From the NCBI GenBank assembly GCA_040954595.2, contig CM082585.2:8505649-8569648 (forward strand): a stretch of 64,000 nt of DNA, given 5' to 3'. The notes under the pieces are model-generated. The model saw only the letters and a program-made list of their open reading frames with translations. It ran no database searches and was not told where the DNA came from. Source of the DNA: Balanoglossus misakiensis (taxonomy: Eukaryota > Animalia > Hemichordata). The position numbers and the translations under genes were made by a program. Shown here piece by piece: positions 56,101 to 63,012 of this stretch; the stretch's first letter is position 1; every line of letters begins with the position of its first letter.

Positions 56101-59100
56101 GGTGACGATACAGTAATTGTGAAAGATCACGGGCTTGCACACAACCTCGTTGATTTCCCAAAGATCGATTGTGATAGCATAAATAGTTAATTTTCCGGGA
56201 TTTTCCGGGCATGTTTTTCAAGGATTTCCAGGGGTGGCTGTTAAAATTCAAGGTCTCTCCGGGAGTGTGAGAACCCTGTTTAATGAGGATCTGGAGAAGT
56301 GTAATCCACAATGGACTGGGATAGCCTGAAGAACACATGCATATTTCACGATTGAAACCAATTCATCTTTCATCACCACCAAAATCACCAAGCAACACCA
56401 CCATTTATATTGCACACTTTCACTTCGAATGCTGTCTCAGTCTGTTGATCTTTGCCAAGTCTGTCAGTATGAAGTGACAGGCAGACTCAGTTTTCTTGAG
56501 TTATTCTTCATAATTTATGTATGCCACTAAATACTGCCCCAGTCACTTTTGACAGATTTGGCAGAAATCAGCATGATACAGACAGCGTTCAAAGCACAAG
56601 CGTTAATGGTGGTGTTGGCGATTTCCAGGAAATGTGGTGAAAAGAGATCGTTTCCTATATACTCTCTTTTCCTATTTGGTCTCCTAATATTAGATGCAAT
56701 TCAGCACTGTTTGAATGATCTGTGATATGTCCATTATTATGATGAAATTCAAAAAGGAAGAATTTTGTTGCACTTTGTATCCTAAGGCCATGCAGTGATG
56801 AATGACGTCATCCAAAGTGCAAAGCTGAAATTTTTCCTATTACCTATTCCGAACACGCTGAACTTGCGCTTCCCTGAGTCGGACTTCTCCTCCTCGCTGA
56901 CGCACCCCAAATCCGATTTGACCGTCCGCAGCTTCCCCGTGGTCTCGTACGAGTCCTCCGAGCTGCTGCTGGCCGTGTGCTTGCGGATCTTGCGTCGGAA
57001 GATGCTTCGTCGCGCCCTCGTGTTGGGACTGGCTTCTTCCGTCGTGCTGCCGACCGAGGGAGAGCGGCGCATTCGGTTCGACTTCGGCGTCTTGTCTTCC
57101 TCGCCGCTGTCGCTGCTCGCAGAAATCCTGCGACTGCTGAAAGAGAAGGAAAATCAAGTTCTTGAAAAACTTTTCAGATCATCAATGAAATGCACCGTGT
57201 CTCACTGTCTTCATCTTGTAGCACAGGGATCAGAAAGGATATTGTTTAATGTTATTTGATTATTAGAAAAATAAATTGTATTATTTTACCCAAATCCTTG
57301 GCCAATGCAGGTATAGCCACCTTTACCTCTATGTCTGTTGACTATCAGTGTATACATGTACCTCTAAAGAAAACAGGCCATACCAGATAGTGGCAACAGG
57401 GTAAGCTGACAACACATTGTTTGTGTAGGGATTAATCCTACATGAATGATATCTCTTGGAAAAACTAGACTGGGCGATTAATAGATAAGGACTGTTTGTT
57501 TAGAGATATGCACTGATAGTGGACAGACATAGAGGTAAAGAGCCTAGGTGGCTTTCCTTACCTCCACTGGCAGAGGTTTAGGGGGTAAAATAATAACATT
57601 TGGTTAATTCTCAAAAAATAACTGATTAAATGGAATTGAAAATATTTAAAAATAATACCTGATGTTCGGTTTCTTAGCTTTCTTCTTCATTTCTTTCTCC
57701 TTGACTTCCTTCTCTCCTTTATCGGCAGAGTCCAGCATTCCACTGAGAGCAACTCGTCTGAAGACACCTCCATGTGCTTCTTTGACATACTGTAACAACT
57801 GACGAATCTCCCCGTACAAGCTCTGTAGGGGAAGAGGGGAATATTTGTACAATTTCCAAATGATAGCATATTTCTACATCTCTGTAGTCAACAACGTCTG
57901 ACATCTTCCGTCTGAAGTTGATTTAATCATTGGCAAAACAAGAAAATAATAATGCATGCGAGAGAGAAAAATATAATGAAATATTGTTCTCAGTTTTTTT
58001 TGCAAAGGATCAGGCACGATAAAAAAATTACCAATCAATAAAATGTGCTGTACTTTTAGAGTACTGAATGCCTGGTTATTGCAATGAGATAGAACGAACA
58101 CGTGATCAATTTTCTATCAATAAATAAATAAATGCGAAGGCCACGTTAAGATCCCGGTCAATATCCATTTTCTCCTTGAAGAAGCAATCCTTTCCTGGAA
58201 ATGCAACAGGCCCTCTGGCCATGCGCTCATCACAAAGCAAGTCCTACAGACACTTCTGCTTGACTTGAACATATACATTAGGGACCATCTCAGAATATTG
58301 CAGAAGCCCAAAATTATATTATCAATTTAGGTTTTACTAATAACTGAATTTCAATTTCACTCTTATTGTGGTGACTTCGAGGTCTCAATTTCCAATAACC
58401 CAAAAATGCATCATATACACAAAGCATACGATAAAAAAGTTTTATTAATTACACTGGTTTCAATTATGTTTTGTAGAAACATAATGACATGTGCTAATGC
58501 AAAAACTGTGAGACATATATTCTTTGTTGAACGTCAACTTTTTGCACTTTCAAACTTTTGTTTGGGAAAGGGTTTTGATTTAAGTAAACGAGTTTCTACT
58601 GCGAGAGTCTTCAGTGATCCCTCACATGCCTTGGGTAAACAAGTGAAGTCCTTCTCAGAATACGGCTGCCACACGTGCTACATTAGCTAAATTCTCCAAC
58701 GCTTGAAAGCGGTAAATTAGAACCTAGTATCGTGTACTGCTTTTGGGACAATGAATTCTCAGCTAGATTGCCAGAGGGTACTTTCAGCGAGTGAACGCAC
58801 ATATTAAAGACAGCAGGCTGGCCACCCAAGTCAAGGAAAGTCTTTGAGCTGAAACGTGATTTTGGATAATATATAACAGAATAGCTGAGAATATATATGG
58901 GTCAGGCTAGCAAAGCGTATCAACATTTAGAAATTAAAGCACATCAAAATAGATTAATATCATCTCCACTTTAATAGATGAAAGTATTTTTAATTATAGA
59001 TATAAACAGATGACAATATACAGATTGCTATCTGTTGGATAAGGGTCAATACATCTTATCGAGTAATGTATGAAGAAAAAAAACTGGTGAACATTTTTAT

Positions 59101-61076
59101 TGGACTTGACAAGTTATTTTGATGAAGAAAGAATGTATAGAATTGAATAAGAAAATTGCAGATTAGGAAAAGTTAGGATTGGAGTTAGATTTACATGATT
59201 TGGTTAGTTTTTCATCTGTCTAGCATTAATTAGGAATTTTTCTGTTCTCTTTTTCCTGTTCTGCTATTTTGGAGGGGGGGGGGGGGGTGGTGAATGTAGA
59301 ATATTGGAGAGAGAGAGAAAAATTAATTGCGATGGAATTTCATAGCTGACAGAGAGCACCCCATGACGGTAACTTTATGAAGGAGCAATGGCCCACCACA
59401 CGATATAATTACGATATAATGAAATAAACAGAGCTTAATAAGGAACGGTCGATGATGGCTGATCAAATCACCGAAATATGACAGATGAGACACGCAGGCA
59501 AGGCTAATGTAGAGAAAACCGAGATGGCCTTTGAGAGACAGACGTGACATCACGGCTGTCACGGGACGATGGATACTCAACAATTATAACGAAACTGGAA
59601 TCTCCAGGGATATATTGCACTGATATTTTCATTGTGCTGTTTTCAGACACTAAGATTCGCATCTACTGTCTAAAAGTAGTGCTGCCCTGAGCAAATATCA
59701 AAATCCAGAAATATAAAATCTGGTGACTATGTCAAAGGTAAAATTTGCACACTACATACCAAATTTTCAGGACTGTAAATTTCTTGTTTGCAGTCAACGA
59801 ATCTTGAGACCAGACCTTTGAATATACAACCAACAATAGTACCCTCGATGCCTTTAACACCAGAACCACGGACACCACTGCCGAAATTTGTGGCGAAATT
59901 ACCACGAATAATTCCCTCATTCGGTCCGCCCGTCACTGCTGTTGGAAAAGGAAATCATTAAATATTATTTCAAGTATAACAGACTTGGATTTTAAAACAA
60001 CACTGTACTTTGTGGATAAGCTAATGAAAACGATGATGCTGACTATATGGATATAAAACATACAAAAGTATCTATATAACTTATAGTTTTATACATTTTT
60101 TCAGCCACTGACACAAAGTTCAAAAGTCACCGATGAATCCTTGCCCTTCTACCGGAACCCAATTATAGAAGATTAACAATATTATGCATGTTGCCATGGT
60201 GACACAAAGGGAGGGGAAATTACATCGAAGTCATATTTGTTTTGAGTCGCACGATGATACAAAATGAAGATGTTACAGATGACAGTTTGAACTCATAATC
60301 ACACCGAATCAGCGCAGAAAATCACGCGACAGAAGTCGGGAGGTTAATGACCCGTACGGGAATCTGCTCGTTCGGGTATGAAATGGCCTTCAAGAGAATT
60401 TTCTGAAACACTCAAGAATGTGATAAAAAAAATAAGAGACAGCAATTAAGCAATCCATTATTCATTAAATGAGAGTTGTCAGTTTTGCCCTCGGAAGGTG
60501 ACGATAATTCCCCTGGTTGACACTCTGAGAGCGCGGACACAGCTGTGATTTCCACGGCGATACTGAACCGGTTTGTGAACAAGTCTTTATCACAGAAAAT
60601 TTGATTATACATGTACAGTTAAACTTGCCAGAATATCCCAACATTCATTATGTTGTTTTGCAAGATATTGGATTGTTTTGAACCAGATTATCTCAGATCA
60701 TCCAAACACAACATTCAAAATTGCCGGCAAATTACTGCTGTTTGAAAAATGATTTTATCAAAAATGTGATCTCAACTTCTTGTGCAATTTAACCCCCACC
60801 ACCCTCAAAATATTGTTTATTTCTTCATTTATTTATTTAATATTTGTTAATCTTCTATTTTCAGGGGAGGGGCGTAATTTGTGTGCTTTAGTTTACCTTG
60901 TCCGTATGGTTGTGGAGAAGGGTCTTCGCAGAAACCCAGCAAGGCATGGAGGAAATCCACAGTGTTCTGCAACGGATGGTTTGCCACCACGTAACGCAGG
61001 TACTTGCGGAACTGAGACGGATCAATCTTGAACATCTTGTTCAAACAGTTGTTGCCTTGCTGCCGTAGCCGATCCC
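25812..61076 (-). CDS. UNC80: UNC80 / protein unc-80 homolog (NALCN channel complex subunit), 5'-partial, 52 coding exons, ~2600 aa in window
   Basis: Spliced translation matches recalled UNC80 blocks in the correct order: VDFLHALLGFC, IRQLLQYVKEAHGGVFRRVALS, FLLDCCNPGSIPDPELLAAALDL, DFTLPSP, FFKDLKQSLKKEQCD, RLPSFPR, FACRQFYILHRKPFILQ, DFCYGN..CVTVVAYAPE, IAHSLLKVAPYD, LWSFLDFLV. All introns are GT-AG and phases are consistent. Identity is from recalled similarity, not a database search. Confidence 0.96.
26315..26734 (-). CDS. UNC80: UNC80 penultimate exon (disordered P/Q/S/R-rich)
   Basis: catag acceptor, G|gtaat donor, GC-rich, phase 1-1, 420 nt. Confidence 0.85.
27072..27206 (-). CDS. 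UNC80: UNC80 exon (DHVRFANETSG..SRLTRK)
   Basis: ttcag acceptor, G|gtaag donor, phase 1-1. Confidence 0.82.
27603..27768 (-). CDS. UNC80: UNC80 exon (MMRMICETDAE..CKGTLLTELCYELKDLK..)
   Basis: aacag acceptor, G|gtaag donor, phase 0-1. Confidence 0.9.
27940..28028 (-). CDS. UNC80: UNC80 exon (GGPALWSFLDFLVTYRPPLYVGLKPFIHNK)
   Basis: tccag acceptor, AAG|gtgag donor, phase 1-0. Confidence 0.93.
28224..28319 (-). CDS. UNC80: UNC80 exon (GLKIMIVCFESQLINDWFRI..RLL)
   Basis: gacag acceptor, G|gtatg donor, phase 1-1. Confidence 0.92.
28372..28445. mobile_element. truncated copy of the same piggyBac-like MITE
   Basis: ..cccattgtttcctatgg..ggaactggggatgaaagggttaa resembles the right part of the 50293 element. 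Confidence 0.6.
28462..28674 (-). CDS. UNC80: UNC80 exon (EVPVIRQQDITFALTVILYALLPP..YEAAFL)
   Basis: tgcag acceptor, G|gtaag donor, phase 1-1. Confidence 0.92.
28841..29019. mobile_element. Tc1/mariner-type MITE
   Basis: TIR CAGTCAAACCTGT...ACAGATTTGACTG followed by TA; inverted homolog at 43596. Confidence 0.75.
30463..30586 (-). CDS. UNC80: UNC80 exon (DQYTLEQVFGG..LLPLCIRVGCGRP)
   Basis: gatag acceptor, G|gtggg donor, phase 0-1; an in-frame alternative donor exists at 30403. Confidence 0.9.
31475..31638. mobile_element. foldback (palindromic) MITE
   Basis: ATACACCCTTTTCATAA / TTATGAAAAGGGTGTAT outer arms; CATGAATTTGAACTCAAAG / CTTTGAGTTCAAATTCATG inner arms. Confidence 0.8.
33538..33714 (-). 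CDS. UNC80: UNC80 exon (SLINVCIALVL..PPPVFCSTVVRIMAMQMHCLK)
   Basis: gccag acceptor, AAG|gtatg donor, phase 0-0. Confidence 0.93.
33918..34013 (-). CDS. UNC80: UNC80 exon (RHLDWESAANFLKGVYLT..LPHLK)
   Basis: gacag acceptor, AAG|gtaag donor, phase 0-0. Confidence 0.93.
34171..34294 (-). CDS. UNC80: UNC80 exon (YMTEMLPLIDWTNEALRPALNLILKRLDKLFNKI..LR)
   Basis: tgcag acceptor, AGG|gtaag donor, phase 2-0. Confidence 0.94.
34407..34486 (-). CDS. UNC80: UNC80 exon (KLADIAHSLLKVAPYDPVTMGCKGIQ)
   Basis: ttcag acceptor, AG|gtaag donor, phase 0-2. Confidence 0.94.
34763..34967 (-). CDS. UNC80: UNC80 exon (..EFRKPRDTILNIAAEFF..LLDHKCEL)
   Basis: gacag acceptor, CTG|gtgag donor, phase 2-0. Confidence 0.92.
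35212..35403 (-). CDS. UNC80: UNC80 exon (NMSGPIRKVE..DDIKI)
   Basis: ttcag acceptor, AG|gtctg donor (the phase-2 donor fits the next exon). Confidence 0.82.
35517..35674 (-). CDS. UNC80: UNC80 exon (TVLEAILPHYL..ALISSCEVFS)
   Basis: ttcag acceptor, AG|gtgag donor, phase 0-2. Confidence 0.92.
35868..35981 (-). CDS. UNC80: UNC80 exon (DFCYGND..CVTVVAYAPEANRSVQMM)
   Basis: ctcag acceptor, ATG|gtgag donor, phase 0-0. Confidence 0.94.
36188..36295 (-). CDS. UNC80: UNC80 exon (VPARSLFNLLLSLE..DILDLVTGDKPLKTL)
   Basis: tgcag acceptor, TTG|gtgag donor, phase 0-0. Confidence 0.93.
36401..36478 (-). CDS. UNC80: UNC80 exon (MFGGVASILQYDADFHPTEVPIIPSK)
   Basis: tacag acceptor, AAG|gtaag donor, phase 0-0. 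Confidence 0.88.
36778..36828 (-). CDS. UNC80: UNC80 exon (FACRQFYILHRKPFILQ)
   Basis: ttcag acceptor, CAG|gtaag donor; highly conserved UNC80 motif. Confidence 0.95.
36931..37009 (-). CDS. UNC80: UNC80 exon (YTYIIPNMVQVYASQHTNPLITSTIE)
   Basis: tccag acceptor, GAG|gtaag donor, phase 2-0. Confidence 0.92.
37254..37438 (-). CDS. UNC80: UNC80 exon (..DIQLFLNVINGAILLHCEE..HIFSTKG)
   Basis: aacag acceptor, GG|gtagg donor, phase 0-2. Confidence 0.93.
37652..37696 (-). CDS. UNC80: UNC80 45-nt exon (ELYGLDVLHKYIWSK)
   Basis: tctag acceptor, AAG|gtaag donor, phase 0-0. Confidence 0.9.
37904..38014 (-). CDS. UNC80: UNC80 exon (..SFLHSEMMRLPSFPRKALDAEFSLY..GK)
   Basis: tccag acceptor, AAG|gtaaa donor, phase 0-0. 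Confidence 0.93.
38228..38305 (-). CDS. UNC80: UNC80 exon (AFTSKLAEIGKVYLTLYILLSTPPNH)
   Basis: tacag acceptor, CAT|gtaag donor, phase 0-0. Confidence 0.9.
38454..38575 (-). CDS. UNC80: UNC80 exon (..KTYVRDEYAYRRTHCPQL..LQKQ)
   Basis: tgcag acceptor, CAG|gtaaa donor, phase 1-0. Confidence 0.92.
38744..38840 (-). CDS. UNC80: UNC80 exon (DMQFEQIYQDCLEFFNI..HFLVDKKT)
   Basis: atcag acceptor, A|gtaag donor, phase 0-1. Confidence 0.92.
38961..39020 (-). CDS. UNC80: UNC80 exon (KLIVHGPEESDIPTQLPVMD)
   Basis: tacag acceptor, GAT|gtaag donor, phase 0-0. Confidence 0.92.
39152..39190 (-). CDS. UNC80: UNC80 39-nt exon (ASLMVTAFVPSAK)
   Basis: actag acceptor, AAG|gtaag donor, phase 0-0. Confidence 0.88.
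39381..39533 (-). CDS. UNC80: UNC80 exon (LGLLMYYCRSP..FFKDLKQSLKKEQCD)
   Basis: cgcag acceptor, GAT|gtaag donor, phase 0-0. Confidence 0.93.
39634..39720 (-). CDS. UNC80: UNC80 exon (EELLVLLKKLLSHMDILPPQTAHSLFNYL)
   Basis: ttcag acceptor, CTG|gtaag donor, phase 0-0. Confidence 0.92.
39852..39952 (-). CDS. UNC80: UNC80 exon (VSEVAYKVIWNCLVEEPALFLRYFLEKLTKRNKQ)
   Basis: tacag acceptor, CAG|gtaag donor, phase 1-0. Confidence 0.93.
40157..40247. repeat. ~41-bp imperfect tandem duplication
   Basis: AATATGGG..TTCATGAATATTT..ATTGCACT.TACCA repeated twice. Confidence 0.7.
40386..40541 (-). CDS. UNC80: UNC80 exon (..FFPSCICAAVVHLIRLLDDGEVNEEGVA)
   Basis: cccag acceptor, G|gtagc donor, phase 1-1. 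Confidence 0.92.
41242..41370 (-). CDS. UNC80: UNC80 exon (DDPLPTRRHS..RNVSLRRASLWS..), symmetric and potentially skippable
   Basis: ttctag acceptor, G|gtaga donor, phase 1-1; resembles the recalled vertebrate RNYSFRRGSVWS. Confidence 0.8.
41399..41587. mobile_element. TA-flanked MITE (CTGTAAAAC termini, TTTTCGCG-rich)
   Basis: TA-CTGTAAAACGGGGAATTTT...AAAATTTCCCGTTTTACAG-TA; second copy at 61215. Confidence 0.85.
43072..43253. mobile_element. MITE with CCCTTACAAAAA termini
   Basis: CCCTTACAAAAA / TTTTTGTAAGGG terminal IRs and internal IR TTCTATAGAATTCAAT / ATTGAATTCTATAGAA. Confidence 0.7.
43262..43442 (-). CDS. UNC80: UNC80 exon (RSFAAAAVTRT..VPITIQASHEP..)
   Basis: cacag acceptor, G|gtaac donor, phase 0-1. 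Confidence 0.9.
43596..43763. mobile_element. Tc1/mariner-type MITE (same family as 28841, opposite orientation)
   Basis: CAGTCAAACCTGT...ACAAGTTTGACTG-TA; shared internal aagtcccttgactgg and tgtgcaatttacatgt. Confidence 0.75.
43810..43944 (-). CDS. UNC80: UNC80 exon (LPPPNIDFTLPSPTIG..DPPWMP..)
   Basis: ttcag acceptor, AGG|gtaag donor, phase 0-0. Confidence 0.93.
44068..44249 (-). CDS. UNC80: UNC80 exon (..RVDAVLRFGVLWKTRHQVWCRMEESASTVFK)
   Basis: tgtag acceptor, AAG|gtacg donor, phase 1-0. Confidence 0.93.
44578..44716 (-). CDS. UNC80: UNC80 exon (VKSLVHCPFAIIAKAAPILTEDIFTDILPVAWELLL..)
   Basis: gctag acceptor, G|gtagg donor, phase 0-1. Confidence 0.92.
45055..45264 (-). CDS. UNC80: UNC80 exon (ESAQPFSPMK..QKYMKTQ)
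   Basis: ttcag acceptor, CAG|gtgag donor, phase 0-0. Confidence 0.9.
45433..45514. mobile_element. short degenerate Tc1/mariner-type MITE
   Basis: TA-TAGTGAAACCTGTC..GGACACCTCT...AGAGGTGTCC..ATCACTG-TA inverted structure. Confidence 0.55.
45595..45792 (-). CDS. UNC80: UNC80 exon (VVVDIASKCNFICDHKHFCHPNCYERQKRNCFRLMKAVRQVYG..)
   Basis: cacag acceptor, AAA|gtgaa donor, phase 0-0; Cys/His cluster. Confidence 0.9.
45989..46179 (-). CDS. UNC80: UNC80 exon (GLGRAGSYKARKVSL..EMPWIK)
   Basis: tgaag acceptor, AAG|gtgac donor, phase 1-0. Confidence 0.88.
46543..46668 (-). CDS. UNC80: UNC80 exon (GFRGKQVRTTGRILRHH..GSFRSNK)
   Basis: ttcaag acceptor, G|gtaaat donor, phase 1-1. Confidence 0.8.
47238..47336 (-). 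CDS. UNC80: UNC80 exon (GDRKISFAAVSEEPDSPHSSNTTL..)
   Basis: gttag acceptor, G|gtacc donor, phase 1-1; RKISFA motif. Confidence 0.88.
50293..50377. mobile_element. piggyBac-like MITE (85 bp)
   Basis: TTAA-CCCTTTCACC...GGTGAAAGGG-TTAA: TTAA target duplication with CCC/GGG termini. Confidence 0.8.
50682..51014 (-). CDS. UNC80: UNC80 exon (ATVNESGSNCPHALKMIACQLLLEVTTFMRETYQFLPKPR..)
   Basis: ttcag acceptor, G|gtgag donor, phase 1-1. Confidence 0.92.
51687..51810. repeat. ~60-bp imperfect tandem duplication
   Basis: GTCTT.TTTGAAAA..GAAAAATAAATAAAA.TGGG..AATT repeated twice. Confidence 0.65.
52072..52207 (-). CDS. UNC80: UNC80 exon (AISARLEEIE..EDDDEDFLDE)
   Basis: cgtag acceptor, G|gtggg donor, phase 0-1. 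Confidence 0.9.
52347..52565 (-). CDS. UNC80: UNC80 exon (EAPVVARAALFSECAFFIHRCNKGDWPEWM..LFYLWGE)
   Basis: tatag acceptor, GAG|gtaag donor, phase 0-0. Confidence 0.93.
52850..53034 (-). CDS. UNC80: UNC80 exon (..GMVRFAFLLDCCNPGSIPDPELLAAALDL)
   Basis: gccag acceptor, TTG|gtgag donor, phase 1-0. Confidence 0.93.
53241..53373 (-). CDS. UNC80: UNC80 exon (VRIQSVDSTLGGHF..)
   Basis: cctag acceptor, G|gtgag donor, phase 0-1. Confidence 0.85.
55098..55222 (-). CDS. UNC80: UNC80 exon (VTTWRHRALRADDDSLREGSELSDD..RGLSRK)
   Basis: acgcag acceptor, AAG|gtagg donor, phase 1-0 needed to join the neighbouring exons. Confidence 0.82.
55527..55540. promoter_or_regulatory. RFX X-box-like palindrome GTTACCATGGCAAC (one of a cluster)
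   Basis: Matches the GTNRCC(N0-3)RGYAAC consensus; similar sites at 49361, 52046, 54208, 54778, 54856, 55555, 60190. Confidence 0.4.
56020..56278. mobile_element. hAT-like non-autonomous element
   Basis: CAGGGTTC..CACACTC / GAGTGTGAGAACCCTG termini with internal TTTTCAAGG subrepeats; no 8-bp TSD seen. Confidence 0.55.
56365..56649. repeat. degenerate long inverted repeat (old foldback element)
   Basis: CAACACCACCATT / AATGGTGGTGTTG, TGCCAAGTCTGTCA / TGACAGATTTGGCA and AAGTGAC / GTCACTT arms. Confidence 0.65.
56844..57136 (-). CDS. UNC80: UNC80 exon (low-complexity S/R-rich, ..KRKFSVFGI)
   Basis: ttcag|CAG tandem acceptor, G|gtaat donor, GC-rich, phase 2-1. Confidence 0.85.
57279..57595. 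repeat. foldback element with ~80-bp imperfect arms
   Basis: TATTATTTTACCC..CTTTACCTCTATGTCTGT..ACTATCAGTG versus CACTGATAGT..ACAGACATAGAGGTAAAG..GGGTAAAATAATA. Confidence 0.75.
57659..57822 (-). CDS. UNC80: UNC80 exon (SLYGEIRQLLQYVKEAHGGVFRRVALSGMLDSA..)
   Basis: ctacag acceptor, AG|gtatt donor, phase 0-2. Confidence 0.93.
59760..59938 (-). CDS. UNC80: UNC80 exon (..IEGTIVGCIFKGLVSRF..YSPENL)
   Basis: aacag|CAG tandem acceptor, TTG|gtatgt donor, phase 1-0. Confidence 0.9.
60897..61076 (-). CDS. UNC80: UNC80 exon (first in window; GDRLRQQGNNCL..VDFLHALLGFCEDP)
   Basis: tctcag|GG acceptor, CAAG|gtaaac donor, phase 1-1, 180 nt. Confidence 0.92.
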
Positions 61077-61214
61077 CTGAGAAAAAAATCACCAAAGATG
61101 GAGAGAGAGAGAGAGATTTCAATGGTTTTGTACATTCTGTACAGCCATTCAATACCACATGGGGGTCGACGCCCCAGGGAAACCTTTAACAAGCAGGCTT
61201 CTAGTATATATATA

Positions 61215-61422
61215 CTGTACACCACATAATTTTCGCGAGTTGAAATTTTCGCGATATCGAGAGAGGCCACTGTTTCGCGAGTATTAATTATCGCGTTCTC
61301 TTATTACATTCACTGCATCGTTATTTTTTAAAAAAAATTACGCAACTTTTTATTTTCACACTATTTTGGCTCTCGCGTATTTGGCGAAAATTTATTGCTC
61401 GCGAAAATAAAGTGTTTTACAG
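61215..61422. mobile_element. MITE of the same family as 41399, inserted in a (TA)n tract
   Basis: TA-CTGTACACCAC...AGTGTTTTACAG-TA; shared aaattttcgcgatatcga.agagg core. Confidence 0.8.
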
Positions 61423-62949
61423 TATATATACAAAGCATTCTGGAGTACATGTGCGTTTTGTCTATGCTAGAGCAGTCACAATGCCACAACCACTAAATGG
61501 GAAACGAAATCCGCAACTCATGTGAAAAAGAAAAATGCATTTCAGAGCAGAGGAATTACAAATCTCCACACTCTAGAAGCGTTCCATTTTTCTAATGTCT
61601 AGCTTTTCTCAAAGCCTAGCTCAGACAGCCAGCCCATTAGCCCGGCTGCGAGAGAGAAAATCCACCATAAAAGACACACACACACACTCCATTGCTATTT
61701 CTACTAATCATGCTCACTCGAAACTCTATAAATGCATGCACATCCATCAAGCAGCACACCATTTAGGCTCGTCACCCTGACACAAAACAATTTACTTATC
61801 GTAACACCGTAAAATCAGCCCCCGACTATTACGCAGTCTGCACTTTGAAAGGAGATTACTTCGGCCGATCACCTGTCTGTTTTGAAATCTCAAACCCTTG
61901 TAGTAGTAGGTGTACTTTCTTGGTTAGGCGACAGTAATCTTTTAAAGAAATCTTTCTGTTTAAAGTGGCTGATATCAAGATTCAGCCAAGGAAACATTAA
62001 AGTCAGAGCTCTTAGTGGAACTGTAACGTAATAGAGGCCAGGAGAACCGTTCGGAATACAGTAAGTGGTTTCTTGCAATGTTTAAACATGTGTTAACTAA
62101 TGCTAGGACATGCGATGAAGCTGACTGATCACGACTTTTTTTATTTCATTGAAAGCAAATTGCAGCGGAATTTAATCGTACTGCGTTTTCTTTCTCGGAT
62201 ATATGATCTGGGATCATCCTTAGTAACGACAAACATGCCGTACTGAAACGCGTCCGGAAATGTACATCATAAAAATGAGTAGTTGTTGAGGCCACAGTCC
62301 CAGCTGTTGCTCAGAAGTAAAACCAATCTGTAGTCAACTGTGAAACAAACCGGTCCAAAATATCTTCAAGTATAAAGACCTCTGGGTGAGAAAAAAAATC
62401 AGTCTTGCTAGAAAAAGAACTTGATGCTACCAACTGTAACAAATCTCAGGAATTTTAAATATTTCAGTGCATGAATTGCTATTCCAAACCAAACAGCTTT
62501 CGGATCTTTCTATCATTAAACGGACTGACTATACTTCATATGTTGACAGCTCAAGACATCCTTGTTTTGATATATAAAGCTATCCATGTGTACGCAGAGT
62601 AGCTGAACAACTTTCTGAAATACATCACCAAGCTATCATTAAAATCCCCTAGGGGTATACATATAATCCGTCAGCCATGAAACATCCAAAATGTCAAGAA
62701 TGTACAACAAACTGACGACCTTACTTGGGTATTACGGTCGACACAAATATTACATATTTTGATTTAATTTCCTGTAACGAAAGTTGTGCTTCAATCCTTT
62801 GACGTAATATCGCACTATGACTTTAAGCTATCTCAGAGAAAGCTTATTGCTCTGTCAGTCAACCATCCAGTAACTGAGTACTTAGAACTGAACTGATAAA
62901 ATTTCATAATCCTACTGAAGTACCCAAAATAACATAGTCTGTTTATCTC

Positions 62950-63012
62950 TATCCTAGTATCTAGTCGTGTGAGTGAGCAAATATGGACAACACGCTGCTA
63001 GATACTAGACTA
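62950..63012. mobile_element. 63-bp mini-element with ~15-bp TIR and 9-bp TSD
   Basis: GTTTATCTC (62941-49) - TATCCTAGTATCTAG...CTAGATACTAGACTA - GTTTATCTC (63013-21). Confidence 0.75.

Noticed and set aside
26343-57259. + strand ORFs such as 26343-26711, 44035-44340, 52767-53207 and 56795-57259
   Set aside because: Antisense shadows of GC-rich UNC80 exons
34670-59287. Microsatellites and homopolymers: (GATTT)n 34670, (TG)n 35460 and 39288, poly-G 55297 and 59274
   Set aside because: Ordinary simple repeats
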